Assembly (NCBI RefSeq): GCF_023055435.1
Contig: NW_025964372.1
Location: 53,940,001 to 54,004,000, forward strand
Reading direction: 5' to 3'
Length of the DNA: 64,000 nucleotides
Source of the DNA: Haliotis rufescens
Lineage: Eukaryota
The notes beneath the pieces were generated by a model, which did no database searches, was not told the DNA's origin, and worked only from the letters and a program-made list of their open reading frames with translations. The position numbers and the translations under genes were made by a program. Shown here one piece after another: positions 43,540 to 56,190 of this stretch (the first letter of the stretch is position 1; each line of letters starts with the position of its first letter).

Positions 43540-44945
43540 ATACTGCCTATTGCAGGAATTGCCTATTGAGCTTGTACTAGTTCCATGACACACATACAAA
43601 CTATTGCAGGACTTTCCCATTGAGCTTGTACTCGTTCCATGACACACATACAAACTATTGCAGGACTTTCCCATTGAGCTTGTTCCAGTTGCATGACACA
43701 CATACAAACTATTGCAGGACTTTCCCATTGAGCTTGTACTCGTTCCATGACACACATACAAACTATTGCAGGACTTTCCCATTGAGTTTGTACTAGTTGC
43801 ATGACACACATACAAACTATTGCAGGACTTTCCCATTGAGCTTGTACTAGTTCCATGACACACATACAAACTATTGCAGGACTTTCCCATTGAGCTTGTA
43901 CTAGTTCCATGACACACATACACACTATTACAGGACTTTCCCATTGAGATTGTACCAGCTGCATGACACACATACAAACTATTACAGGACCTTCCCATTG
44001 AGCTTGTACTAGTTCCATGACACACATACAAACTATTACAGGACCTTCCCATTGAGATTGTACCAGTTGCATGACACACATACAAACTATTGCAGGAACT
44101 GCCCATTGCTCTTGTACCAGTTGGATTACACACATAAAAACAACTGCATGAACTGCCCATTGAGTTTGTACCAGTTGCATGACACACATGCAAACTATTG
44201 CAGGAACTGCCCATTACCCTTTTACCAGTTGCATGAAATACATACAAACTATTGCGGGACTTTCCCATGGAGCTTGTACCAGTTGCATGACACACATACA
44301 AACTATTGTAGGAATTGTCCATTGAGTTTGTTCCCGTTGAATGACACACATACAAACTATTGCAGGAACTGCTCATTGCTCTTGTACCAGTTGCATGACA
44401 CACATACAAACTGTTGCAGGACTTTCCCATTGAGCTTGTACCAGTTGCATGACACAAATGGAAACTATTGCAGGACTTTCCCATTGAGCTTGTACCAGTT
44501 GCATGACACACATACAAACTATTGCAGGACTTTCCCATTGAGCTTGTACCAGTTGCATGACACACATACAAACTATTGCAGGACTTTCCCATTGAGCTTG
44601 TACCAGTTGCATGACACACATACAAACTATAGCAGGAACTGTCCATTGAGTTTGTACCAGTTGCATGACACACATGCAAACTATTGCAGGTACTGCCCAT
44701 AGCTCTTGTACCAGTTGCACGACACACATACAAACCATTGCAGGAACTGCCCATTGAGTTTGTACCAGTTGCATGACACACATACAAACTATTGCAGGAA
44801 CTGCCCATTGAGTTTGTACCAGTTGCATGACACACATACAAACTATTGCAGGAATTGCCCATTGAGCTTGTACCAGTTGCATGACACACATACAAACTAT
44901 TGCAGGAATTGCCCATTGATCTTGTACCAGTTGCATGACATACAA
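43540..44945. repeat. 54-bp minisatellite, ~26 copies
   Basis: Unit ccattgagcttgtaccagttgcatgacacacatacaaactattgcaggactttc. Confidence 0.96.
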
Positions 44946-45370
44946 GCAGACCATTGCAACGTTGGAACGTTTGTGTAATGTATGTAGTTCTCCCGCGGAG
45001 GGTGACGAGTTTCATCACCTATTCAGATGTGAAGCTCTTCTCCAGTGGCGGTCTATGTACATTCCTTAAGATCTCTCCGAAAGGCCGAATATTTATCAAT
45101 TGAAAAAAGTATCTATCCAGTATTAGGTTAAAGATATGACAAACTTGTCCACATTCATCAATACCAATATCTTTTGAAATGTTGAAGCTCTTAAAAACTT
45201 GTGTGAGAGTCTTGTCACTTTAATTTTGTCATAATTAATTGTAACTTCTAATCTCTATATGTATTTGCACAATATTCCTGCCATCTTGATATTATTATAT
45301 ATGAATTTATATTATAATTATTTCGCATGTACCACCGTTGGTGAGTCTTTCTGAGAATAAACTGAACTGA
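44941..45370 (+). mobile_element. RTEX-like LINE 3'-end fragment
   Basis: Reads YKQTIATLERLCNVCSSPAEGDEFHHLFRCE, the same CxxC..DEFH..C motif as the other two LINEs. Tail gaataaactgaactga at ~45355-45370. Confidence 0.75.
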
Positions 45371-46029
45371 GCTGGCTCTTGACTGGGCGATACATGCCAT
45401 ACCTGCTTGTGACAACTCACATGCGTCGTACTTTAGCACTTTAGTTGTGGCTGAGCGTGTCGTTAATAGTTTGCACTTACAGATAGCAACTAATTACACG
45501 TTTGCTCATCTTGAAACACAAGTATTGTTATCACGTGTGTGTTGTCCCACTGCCTATCTGTCTAAGTACACGATGGATACCGTAACCTGCATCTCGCGTT
45601 TCAGACTTACAACTACAAAAATGTCACTTTTTATTCCCATCGGTTTTGGTTTCCGACTTTAAAGAGAGAGCATAAAAGGTAATTGTTGTTGTGTAGATGG
45701 TAATCTGCCTTCTTTAGTACTGAATAAAATTACCTTAAATTGTTTCTAAAGGACCAACTCGACGTTAGTCAAAGCAGTTAGCGTTAAAACAGCAAATCGA
45801 TTAGGATAACATCAGCTATGACAGGTGGTGAAGATATGGTCTGCTAGATGACGTGATTGTCTTGGGAAGCATTGCCGCTTGAAGCCAGATCCGATACCAC
45901 TCCACAAACTCCTTACATACTGATACCCGCTCTCACATCTTGTACACATAATATACATTCACATTTCAAAACACGAATTATTCGATCGTACTTCATTCTT
46001 TATACATAGTATTTCATGCTTTATACCTG

Positions 46030-46090
46030 TGACAATCCGGGTTAGAATAGATCTTGAGCAACCTATGCTTTTCGTAAGTGGCGACTAAAT
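46030..46090 (+). mobile_element. Fragment of the SINE-like repeat seen at 22089
   Basis: ccgggttagaatagatcttgagcaacctatgcttttcgtaagtggcgactaa matches 22102-22155. Confidence 0.7.
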
Positions 46091-46111
46091 GCTTATTTCC
46101 ATCAAAATTCA

Positions 46112-47757
46112 TGCATCATTCTTCATACTGTACACATCTGTCTTCATACTGTACACATCTGTCTTCATGCTGTACACATCTGTCTTCATACTGTACACAT
46201 CTGTCTTCATACTGTACACATCTGTCTTCATACTCTTCACATCTGTCTTCATACTGTACACATCTATCTTCATACTGTATACATCTGCCTTCATACTGTA
46301 TACATCTGTCTTCATACTGTACACATCTGTCTTCATGCTGTACACATCTGCCTTCATACTGTATACATCTGTCTTCATACTGTACACATCTGTCTTCATA
46401 CTGTACACATTTATCTTCATATTGTATACATCTGTCTTCATACTGTACACATCTGTCTTCATACTGCATACATCTGTCTTCATACTGTACACATCTGTCT
46501 TCATGCTGTACACATCTATTTTCATACTGTACACATCTGTCTTCATACTGTACACATCTGTCTTCATACTGTACACATCTATCTTCATACTGTATACATC
46601 TATCTTCATACTGTACACATCTGTCTTCACACTGTACACATCTGCCTTCATACTCTTCACATCTGTCTTCATACTGTACACATCTGCCTTCATACTGTAT
46701 ACATCTGTCTCCATACTGTACACATCTGTCTTCATACTGTACACATCTGTCTTCATACTGTATACATCTGTCTTCATACTGTATACATCTGTCTTCATGC
46801 TGTACACATCTGTCTTCATACTGTATACATCTGTCTTCATGCTGTACACATCTGTCTTCATACTGTATACATCTGTCTTCATGCTGTACAGATCTGTCTT
46901 CATGCTGTACACATCTACCTTCATACTGTACACATCTATCTTCATACTGTACACATCTGTCTCCATACTGTACACATCTGTCTTCATACTGTACACATCT
47001 GTCTTCATACTGTACACATCTGTCTTCATGCTGTACACATCTGTCTTCATACTGTACACATCTGTCTTCATACTGTACACATCTGTCTTCATACTCTTCA
47101 CATCTGTCTTCATACTGTACACATCTATCTTCATACTGTATACATCTGCCTTCATACTGTATACATCTGTCTTCATACTGTACACATCTGTCTTCATGCT
47201 TTACACATCTGCCTTCATACTGTATACATCTGTCTTCATACTGTACACATCTGTCTTCATACTGTACACATCTATCTTCATGCTGTACACATCTGTCTTC
47301 ATACTGTATACATCTGTCTTCATGCTGTATACATCTGCCTTCATACTGTATACATCTGTCTTCATACTGTATACATCTGTCTTCATACTGTACACATCTG
47401 TCTTCATACTGTACACATCTGCCTTCATGCTGTCCACATCTGTCCTCATACTGTATACATCTGTCTTCATACTGTACACATCTATCTTCATACTGTACAC
47501 ATCTATCTTCATACTGTACGCATCTGTCTTCATACTGTACACATCTGTCTTCATACTGTACACATCTGTCTTCATACTGTACGCATCTGTCTTCATACTG
47601 TACACATCTGTCTTCAAACTGTATACATCTATCTTCATCCTGTACACAACTGTCTTCATGCTGTATACATCTGTCTTCATACTGTACACATCTGTCTTCA
47701 TACTGTATACATCTGTCTTCATACTGTACACATCTGCCTTCATACTGTACACATCTA
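46112..47757. repeat. 21-bp minisatellite, ~78 copies
   Basis: Unit catctgtcttcatactgtaca. Confidence 0.97.
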
Positions 47758-47759
47758 GC

Positions 47760-49622
47760 TTGTTTCGTACCTAATGTTCCAGCATCACAGCTTGTTTCGT
47801 AACTAATGTACCAGCATCACAGCTTGTTTCGTTCCTAATGTACAAGCATCACAACCTGTTTCTTACATCGTGTTCCAGCATCATCTCTTGTTTCTTACAT
47901 CGTGTTCTAGCATCACACCTTGTTTCTTACATCGTGTTCTAGCATCACACCTTGTTCCTTACATCGTGTTCTAGCATCACACCTTGTTTCTCACATCGTG
48001 TTCTAGCATCACACCTTGTTTCTTACATCATGTTCTAGCATCACACCTTGTTTCTTACATCGTGTTCTAGCATCACACCTTGTTTCTTACATCGTGTCTC
48101 AGCATCACAGCTTGTTTCGTACCTAATGTACCAGCATCACCCCTTGTTTCTTACACCGTGTTCTAGCATCACACCTTGTTTCTTACACCGTGTTCCAGCA
48201 TCACACCTTGTTTCTTACATCGTGTTCCAGCATCACACCTTGTTTCTTACATCGTGTTCTAGCATCACACCTTGTTTCTTACTTCGTCTTCTAGCATCAC
48301 ACCTTGTTTCTTGCATCGTGTCCCAGCATCACAGCTTGTTTCGTACCTAATTTACCAGCATCACCCCTTGTTTCTTACACCGTGTTCTAGCATCACACCT
48401 TGTTTCTTACATCGTGTTCTAGCATCACACCTTGTTTTTTGCATCGTGTTCCAGCATCACACCTTGTTTCTTACATCATGTTCTAGCATCACAGCTTGTT
48501 TCTTTCATCGTGTTGTAGCATCACACCTTGTTTCTTACATCGTGTTCTAGCATCATAGCTTGTTTCGTACATCGTGTTCTAGGATCACACCTTGTTTCTT
48601 ACATCGTGTCCCAGCATCACAGCTTGTTTCTTACATCGTGTTCTAGCATCACACCTTGTTTCTTACATCGTGTTCTAGCATCACAGCTGGTTTCTTTCAT
48701 CGTGTTGTAGCATCACATCTTGTTTCTTACATCGTGTTCTAGCATCACACCTTGTTTCGTACATCGTGTTCTAGCATCACACCTTGTTTCTTACATCGTG
48801 TTCTAGCATCACACCTTGTTTCGTACATCGTGTTCTAGCATCACACCTTGTTTCGTACATCGTGTTCCAGCATCACACCTTGTTTCTTACATCGTGTTCT
48901 AGCATCACCCCTTCTTTCTTACATCGTGTTCTACCATCACACCTTGTTTCTTACATCGTGTTCCAGCATCATCTCTTGTTTCTTACATCGTGTTCTAGCA
49001 TCACATCTTGTTTCTTACATCGTGTTCTAGCATCACATCTTGTTTCTTACATCGTGTTCTAGCATCACATCTTGTTTCTTACATCGTGTTCTAGCATCAC
49101 ACCTTGTTTCTTACATCGTGTTCTAGCATCACACCTTGTTTCTTACATCGTGTTCTAGCATTACACCTTGTTTCTTACATCGTGTTCTAGCATCACACCT
49201 TGTTTCTTACATCGTGTTCTAGGATCACACCTTGTTTCTTACATCGTGATCTAGCATCATCCCTTGTTTCTTACATCGTGTTTTAGCATCACATCTTGTT
49301 TCTTACATCGTGTTCTAGCATCACACCTTGTTTCTTACATCGTGTTCTAGCATCACACCTTGTTTCTTACATCGTGTTCTAGCATCACATCTTGTTTCTT
49401 ACATCGTGTTCTAGCATCACACCTTGTTTCGTACATCGTGTTCTAGCATCATCCCTTGTTTTGTACATCGTGTTCTAGCATCACACCTTGTTTCTTACAT
49501 CGTGTTCTAGCATTACACCTTGTTTCTTACATCGTGTTCTAGCATCACATCTTGTTTCTTACATCGTGTTCCAGCATCACACCTTGTTTCGTACATCGTG
49601 TTCTAGCATCACACCTTGTTTT
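47760..49622. repeat. 32-bp minisatellite, ~58 copies
   Basis: Unit catcacaccttgtttcttacatcgtgttctag. Confidence 0.97.
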
Positions 49623-49664
49623 TGTGCATAGTTCATTCGTGGTTGTATGAACTTTCTTTCAATC

Positions 49665-51770
49665 AGTGGTTGTTTCAACTTACATTCAGACCGTGGTGTA
49701 GGGCGTCCTGTGGTTGTATATCTACATTCAGACCGTGGTGTAGGGCGTCCTGTGGTTGTATCTCTACATTCAGCCCGTGGTGTAGGGCGTCCTATGGTTG
49801 TATCTCTACATTCAGCCCGCGGTGTAGGGCGTCTTGTGGTTGTATCTCTACATTCAGCCCGTGGTGTAGGGCGTCCTGTGGTTGTATCTCTACATTCAGC
49901 CCGTGGTGTAGGGCGTCCTGTGGTTGTATCTCTACATTCAGCCTGTGGTGTAGGGCGTCCTGTGGTTGTATCTCTACATTCAGACCGTGGTGTAGGGCGT
50001 CCTGTGGTTGTATCTCTACATTCAGCCCGTGATGTAGGGCGTCCTGTGGTTGTATCTCTACGTTCAGCCCGTGGTGTAGGGCGTCCTGTGGTTGTATCTC
50101 TACATTCAGCCCGTTGTGTAGGGCGTCCTGTGGTTGTATCTCTACATTCAGCCCGTGGTGTAGGGGGTGCTGTGGTTGTATCTCTACATTCAGCCCGTGG
50201 TGTAGGGCGTCCTGTGGTTGTATCTCTACATTCAGCCCGTGGTGTAGGGCGTCCTGTGGTTGTATCTCTACATTCAGACCGTGGTGAAGGGCGTCCTGTG
50301 GTTGTATCTCTACATTCAGCCCGTGATGTAGGGCGTCCTGTGGTTGTATATCTACATTCAGCCCGTGGTGTAGGGCGTCCTGTGGTTGTATCTCTACATT
50401 CAGCCCGTGGTGTAGGGCGTCCTGTGGTTGTATCTCTACATTCAGACCGTGGTCTAGGGCGTCCTGTGGTTGTATCTCTACATTCAGCCCGTGGTTGTAT
50501 CTCTACACTCAGCCCGTGGTGTAGGACGTGCTGTGGTTGTATCTCTACATTCAGCCCGTGGTGTAGGGCGTCCTGTTGTTTTATCTCTACATTCAGCCCG
50601 TGGTGTAGGACGTCGTGTGGTTGTATCTCTACATTCAGCCCGTGGTGTAGGGCGTCCTGTGGTTGTATCTCTACATTCAGCCCGTGGTGTAGGGCGTCCT
50701 GTTGTTTTATCTCTACATTCAGACCGTGGTGTAGGACGTCGTGTGGTTGTATCTCTACATTCAGCCCGTGGTGTAGGGCGTCCTGTGGTTGTATCTCTAC
50801 ATTCAGCCCGTGGTGTAGGGCGTCCTGTGGTTGTATCTCTACATTCAGACCATGGTGTAGGGCGTCCTGTGGTTGTATCTCTATACTCAGACCGTGGTGT
50901 AGGATGTCGTGTGGTTGTATCAACTTACATTCAGCCCGTGGTGTAGGACGTCCTGTGGTTGCATGTCTACATTCAGCCCGTGGTGAAGGGCGTCCTGTGG
51001 TTGTATCTTTACACTCAGCCCGTGGTGTAGGGCGTCCTGTGGTTGTATCTCTACACTCAGCCCTTGGTGTAGGGCGTCCTGTGGTTGTATCTCTACATTC
51101 AGACCGTGGTGTAGGGCGTCCTGTGGTTGTATCTCTACATTCAGACCGTGGTGTAGGGCGTCCTGTGGTTGTATCTCTACATTCAGACCGTGGTGTAGGG
51201 AGTGCTGTGGTTGTATCTCTACATTCAGACCGTGGTGTAGGGCGTCCTGTGGTTGTATCTCTACATTCAGACCGTGGTGTAGGGCGTCCTGTGGTTGTAT
51301 CTCTACATTCAGACCGTGGTGTAGGGCGTCCTGTGGTTGTATCTCTACACTCAGCCCGTGGTTGTATCTCTACACTCAGCCCGTGGTGTAGGGCGTCCTA
51401 TGGTTGTATCTCTACATTTAGCCCGTGGTTGTATCTCTACACTCAGCCCGTGGTGTAGGGCGTCCTGTGGTTGTATCTCTACATTCAGCCCGTGGTGTAG
51501 GGCGTCCTGTGGTTGTATCTCTACATTCAGACCGTGGTGTAGGGAGTGCTGTGGTTGTATCTCTACATTCAGCCCGTGGTGTAGGGCGTCCTGTGGTTGT
51601 ATCTCTACATTCAGCCCGTGGTGTAGGGCGTCCTGTGGTTGTATCTCTACATTCAGCCCGTGGTGTAGGGCGTCCTGTGGTTGTATCTCTACATTCAGCC
51701 CGTGGTGTAGGGCGTCCTGTGGTTGTATCTCTACATTCAGCCCGTGGTGTAGGACGTCTTGTGGTTGTAC
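49665..51770. repeat. 42-bp minisatellite, ~50 copies
   Basis: Unit cattcagcccgtggtgtagggcgtcctgtggttgtatctcta. Confidence 0.97.
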
Positions 51771-53274
51771 AATAGCCGTACAGAGACTGCATCCTTGGCG
51801 GGTGGGAACGATTTACTTAATAACAAATCTCTTTGAGGCTTTTGTTTAGGTAATTTGATAAATTACCTCGTTCTAGTTGATTCAAGCCGACTGATTCCAA
51901 GATAAGATTGATATTTTAGTTAAGCAACACACCTGGGTGTAAACTATCTGTTATCATCTTTACGCTCGCTTACATCTGAATGCTCGCCCATCATAACTGT
52001 TCTGAGCCTAAAAGCCGGTATTTACGTTCACACGATACTGCTGCATAAATCATATGTGAGTAATTGATTGTTGTGTCAATATTCATTCGGCGCTATGAAC
52101 TCTGTTTAATTTTATGAAAGAAATCTATCAGAAATTATGACCTGCATTACAACACCCGATATTAATTCTTATCGTAAATTCTTGGAGATTTGCATTCACC
52201 AACACTATACAAGTAATTGCCATCAATTATATACGTTTAGTAAGTTGGTGTTATCTCCGGCCCAGGTCTGCCATGATGCTGTATGCGATATACAAACAAT
52301 ATAGGGCTTATTTACACCAGGAGGAATACTAAGTTCCAAAAGAAACGTACTTCTCATGTCGTATCTTCCGATCTTATTGATATCCAATAAAAGTGATCTA
52401 TTTGCGCAACAAAATGCACAGCGCTAGAATAACATGTCGTCGGCAAACACAGTGCGTCGGTTGTCAACGGCTGATGTCAGGTGGCGACGTCCATACTGTA
52501 GGATGTGCGTTTTTTTGGAATTAAGTACATATTGAAGTGTTGCACAGACGTAGCTATTACTTCATTCACAACCTGGATAGGTGGCTGCAAACATACAGAT
52601 AACTTGGTGAAATTATGGAACTCGTTTATTTGGGCTGTTTCTGTTGTCAAACATCCCATATAGCATTGTCTATATAGCCTATATTCATATATAGCATATA
52701 GCATTACATATATTATCGCAAAGAACATTATATAAAACACCCAACAGAAAATCGTATAGACTAAAAAATAGATAATCGTATAGACCATAATATAGATCAT
52801 CAAACAGAACATCTCAGAGACAAAAAATCGATCATTGTATAGAACATTGTACACATCACCAAATGGAACATCGCATAGAGCAGTATATATATGGCATTAT
52901 ATGAATAATCGTATAGAGCAGTATGTAGAGCATATAGATCATCGAATAAAACATTACATATAAAACACCCAATAGTACATCTCATATACCACAAAATAGA
53001 TAGTCGTATAGGACATAATATAGATGACCATACAGAACATCGCATTAAAGCAAACACATAGATCTTCGTATAGAACATTGTACACTCTTCAAAAAAAGGA
53101 ACGCACTTAAAAAATAAGGATATTTATTAAGCGGATGTAAACGTATCTACGCAGAATATGCGTGAACACAATCAAATGAAATTAGACACAGTGATCGACA
53201 AAAGCATTGTCGTCATTGCCAGCATTAATTCGGTTCAGTCATTGCACATGTGTAGCCACAAGGGGGCGTCATGG

Positions 53275-54281
53275 TCAGTACCTGGTCACACCACCTCTTG
53301 CAGCCGTCACTGCTCGACACCTCCTTGGCATAGATTGCATAAGTCTTCGAATTTTTTCGTGGGGAATTCTTCGCCATTCCTCCTGTAAGGCGTTGGTGAG
53401 TTGTGCCAGTGTGTGGGGACGCTGGTGACGTTGACGGACGCGTCGATCAAGTTCGTCCCACAAATTTCAATCGGGTTGAGATCAGGCGATATGGACGGCC
53501 ATGCAAGGACATTGATGTTCTCATTAACAAGGAAATTAACTGTTGCACGTGCTCAGTAGGGGCGGACGTTGTCATGTATGAACAGCTCCCTCTGGCGGTC
53601 CAAAGTTCGGAGGAGGTGAGGACGCAGAATTTGGTCTACGTATCGGTTTGCTGTAAGATTGCCCTCGACAACCACTAACTGTGATCTACCCGTGTAGGAT
53701 ATGGCTCCCTACACCTTGACGCTCCCGCCACCAACTCGGTCCACCTGTCGAACGCAGTTCGGCGCAAAACGTTCATGTCGACGTCGGTTTACACGTTGTC
53801 TTCTATCCAGTCGTTGAAGAAGAAAACGTGACTCATCGCTGAACCAAACGCGTCGCCAGTTCCTGAGATCCCATGCCTGTACGCTGTTGCACCACCGGAC
53901 ACGTCGTTGACGGTGTAGACGTCGCAAGACAGGTCCAACTTTTGGTCGTCTCGCTCGAATTCCCACTTCCCTCAGACGATTTCTGATGGTTTGGTCGGAA
54001 ATTCTTCGCTTTCCAGGCACTTGTCCTGCAGTGTTCGTTGCTGTAACAAATCGATTCCGAAGGTGATGCAACCGGATGTACCGATCCTGAGCAGGGGTGG
54101 TCACTCTTGGTCTTCCACTTCTGGGATGATCTTGAGTCGAATTAGTGCAGGTATTTCGATCCCATAGTCGAGATATGGTGCTTTGGTGAACGTTGAAGTG
54201 TCCTGCAACGGCAGACTGGGAATCCCCTGCTTCCAAACGTCAAATGGCAATATTTCAGTCAGCTGCAGTTAATCTTGGCAT
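53275..54281 (-). pseudogene. Tc1 transposase pseudogene
   Basis: MPRLTAAD*NIAI*RLEAGDSQSAVAGHFNVHQSTISRL..RSGRPRVTT (HTH, GRPR), WFSDESRF (D1), SPDLNPIE (E), WDELDRRVR..RGGVTRY. Contains stops and frameshifts. Confidence 0.92.
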
Positions 54282-54799
54282 TTTTCGGTCTCCGTTCACG
54301 TCAGAAAATTCGTAATGAACTGATGAATTTTGTACGGTCTTTTATAGTCAGTGTCTCTACTCTTGTTTTCAACATTTTGCACGTGCATTGTGCTGAAAAC
54401 TTTTTCTGAAAGCAATTTCTGTCCATCTTTTGCATTTTTGCTGATAAACGTTTACAAAAAACATTTTTGAGATGTGTTTGCGCGCAATGCACAACAAACA
54501 TGACATGATTAACGGGAATCAAACATAAGAATTGTCTTTATGACGATTGCTGGGAAAAAATCTAAAGTACTGTCGGAAATGCTAGAAAAACTGCTTTTTG
54601 CCTGTTAAAAAGGGATATAATTTTTCACAGACTGTTGTTATTGAAATACTGAGTAACTACCGATCGCCCTACCTGTGGTTTGAAGTATTTCAGGCACAAG
54701 GAGTCCATCGACAAGTGTACAGGAGACAAATTCGAACGAAAACAGGAAGTTCACTTTTATTCTAAGTCCAATGATGGCATTCTGAAACGGACTATAGAA

Positions 54800-54955
54800 T
54801 GAGTATAGTTTTACGCCGCTTTTAGCAATATTCCAGCAATATCACGGCGGGAGACACCAGAAATGGGCTTCACACATTGTACCCATGTCGGGAATCGAAC
54901 CCGGGTCTTCGGCGTGACGAGCGAACGCTTTAACCACTAGGCTACCCGACCGCCC
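54800..54955 (-). mobile_element. Intact tRNA-derived SINE with 17-bp TSD
   Basis: GGGCGGTCGGGTAGCCTAGTGGTTAAAGCG..GGGTTCGATTCCC (A and B boxes). TSD TGAAACGGACTATAGAA at 54783-54799 and 54956-54972. Confidence 0.93.
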
Positions 54956-55369
54956 TGAAACGGACTATAGAAATATGTGCACGTGACTCCGTTACAATGA
55001 TAATAATGTAGTCGTCATTAAACATCTACTCCACACACAAAAATCATTTTGAGAAAATTCAAGATGTGCATCTTCTAAAATGACAAAATGACGCTGCGTT
55101 TTTTGTGTTAACATTGCTCCCATGACGCATGTTACATTACACGTGCATAGCCATAACCAAGGTACACGATATGGAATCTGTACTTGGAAATGCATAAAGT
55201 TCTTTACACTTTAGAGAGATAGAGGGAAACCATTTATTAATTTAGCTAGGGTGAATTACCGAACTGCCCAAGCTATGGTGTTTTCAATTCATACCATCAA
55301 GTCTACGGTATGATAAGAAAACAAAACAGGTATAGGGGTGGTCTCAAAAACAAAACTTTGGCGTAAAAT

Positions 55370-56190
55370 GATATTAGACAGCTTTGATACAGGGTGATTA
55401 GGCGTATAGTGTACAAGCTTTATGAACAGAAGGTAGCCCTGACTTGTAGAAGAATTTGGGAGGAATTCACTATTGCTCTCCAAAAGATGGGATTTCGATA
55501 CACTGCGCGTGGCGATGACCGAGCACTTTTCAGGGGAAAACATTCCATCCTGTCAATGTGGTCACATTATCTCCGAACCATTCATAACTATCACAGTCAG
55601 GGCGTCCAGATAATTTACCTTGATGAATCATTCCACTGACTACATGTGGCTATCGGCAGATGGACAAAAAGTACCCATGGTACCATCAAGTAAAGGTAAT
55701 CGTGTCATGGTTTTGCACGCTGCAACCCATGATATGGGGCTTATTGATGGATGTTTTCGAGGCGAAAAAGAATACTGGTAATTTTCATAAGGAAATTATA
55801 GGTGATGTGTTCATAGACTGGTGGGAACTTCAGCTATTGCCCATTTTAAAAAAACGTCAGTGTGATTGTCATGGATAACGTCAGTTAATATAACGTCTGG
55901 GAATCAGATACTGTCGCCCAAACCATGATAAGTCTGAAGGCGACCATACAGGAATATATGACATTGGTCGACTTCAGACCATATGAAACGAAAGTTCTAC
56001 TTATGGAGAAAATTCGGTTGAATAAGAAATCAGTAAGGTACAATACATATGTGCTGGCGGCACAACACGGTTACGTTGTCTTACGTACGGCATTCAGACA
56101 TTGTGAGCTCAACCCTGTTGTGTCTATCTTGGCTAAATGTACAGGGTTCGTGGCAAGACATAACACAACATTCAAAAGTACAGATTCATA
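55370..56190 (+). pseudogene. IS630/Tc1/mariner-superfamily transposase relic with ~81-aa D..E spacing (DD82E/Sailor-like)
   Basis: LDSFD..VIRRIVY, LQKMGFRY, IIYLDES (D1), KGNRVMVLHA, VIVMDNVS (D2 at 55874), VLRTAFRHCELNPVV..GFVARHNTTFK. Stops and frameshifts present; the E position is GTG. Confidence 0.75.

Noticed and set aside
43540-44945. Idea that the 54-bp unit derives from the adjacent LINE's LPIE..GRY motif
   Set aside because: LPIE is readable in one frame, but spacing and frame relative to YKQ..ERLC do not match.
43477-45018. 513-aa Cys-rich repeat ORF (CHATGTSSMGKSCNSLYV)n
   Set aside because: 54-bp satellite. The start lies antisense within a LINE fragment, there is no signal peptide, and the opposite strand is also largely open.
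46078-51849. ORFs of 360-600 aa in the 21- and 42-bp arrays (also 35586-36806 and 60272-63990)
   Set aside because: Repeat-derived, multi-frame, no coding signature.
54880-54955. Functional tRNA gene (Asp-like GTC loop)
   Set aside because: The tRNA-like head continues into a SINE body and tail, is flanked by a TSD, and has a second diverged copy in the window.
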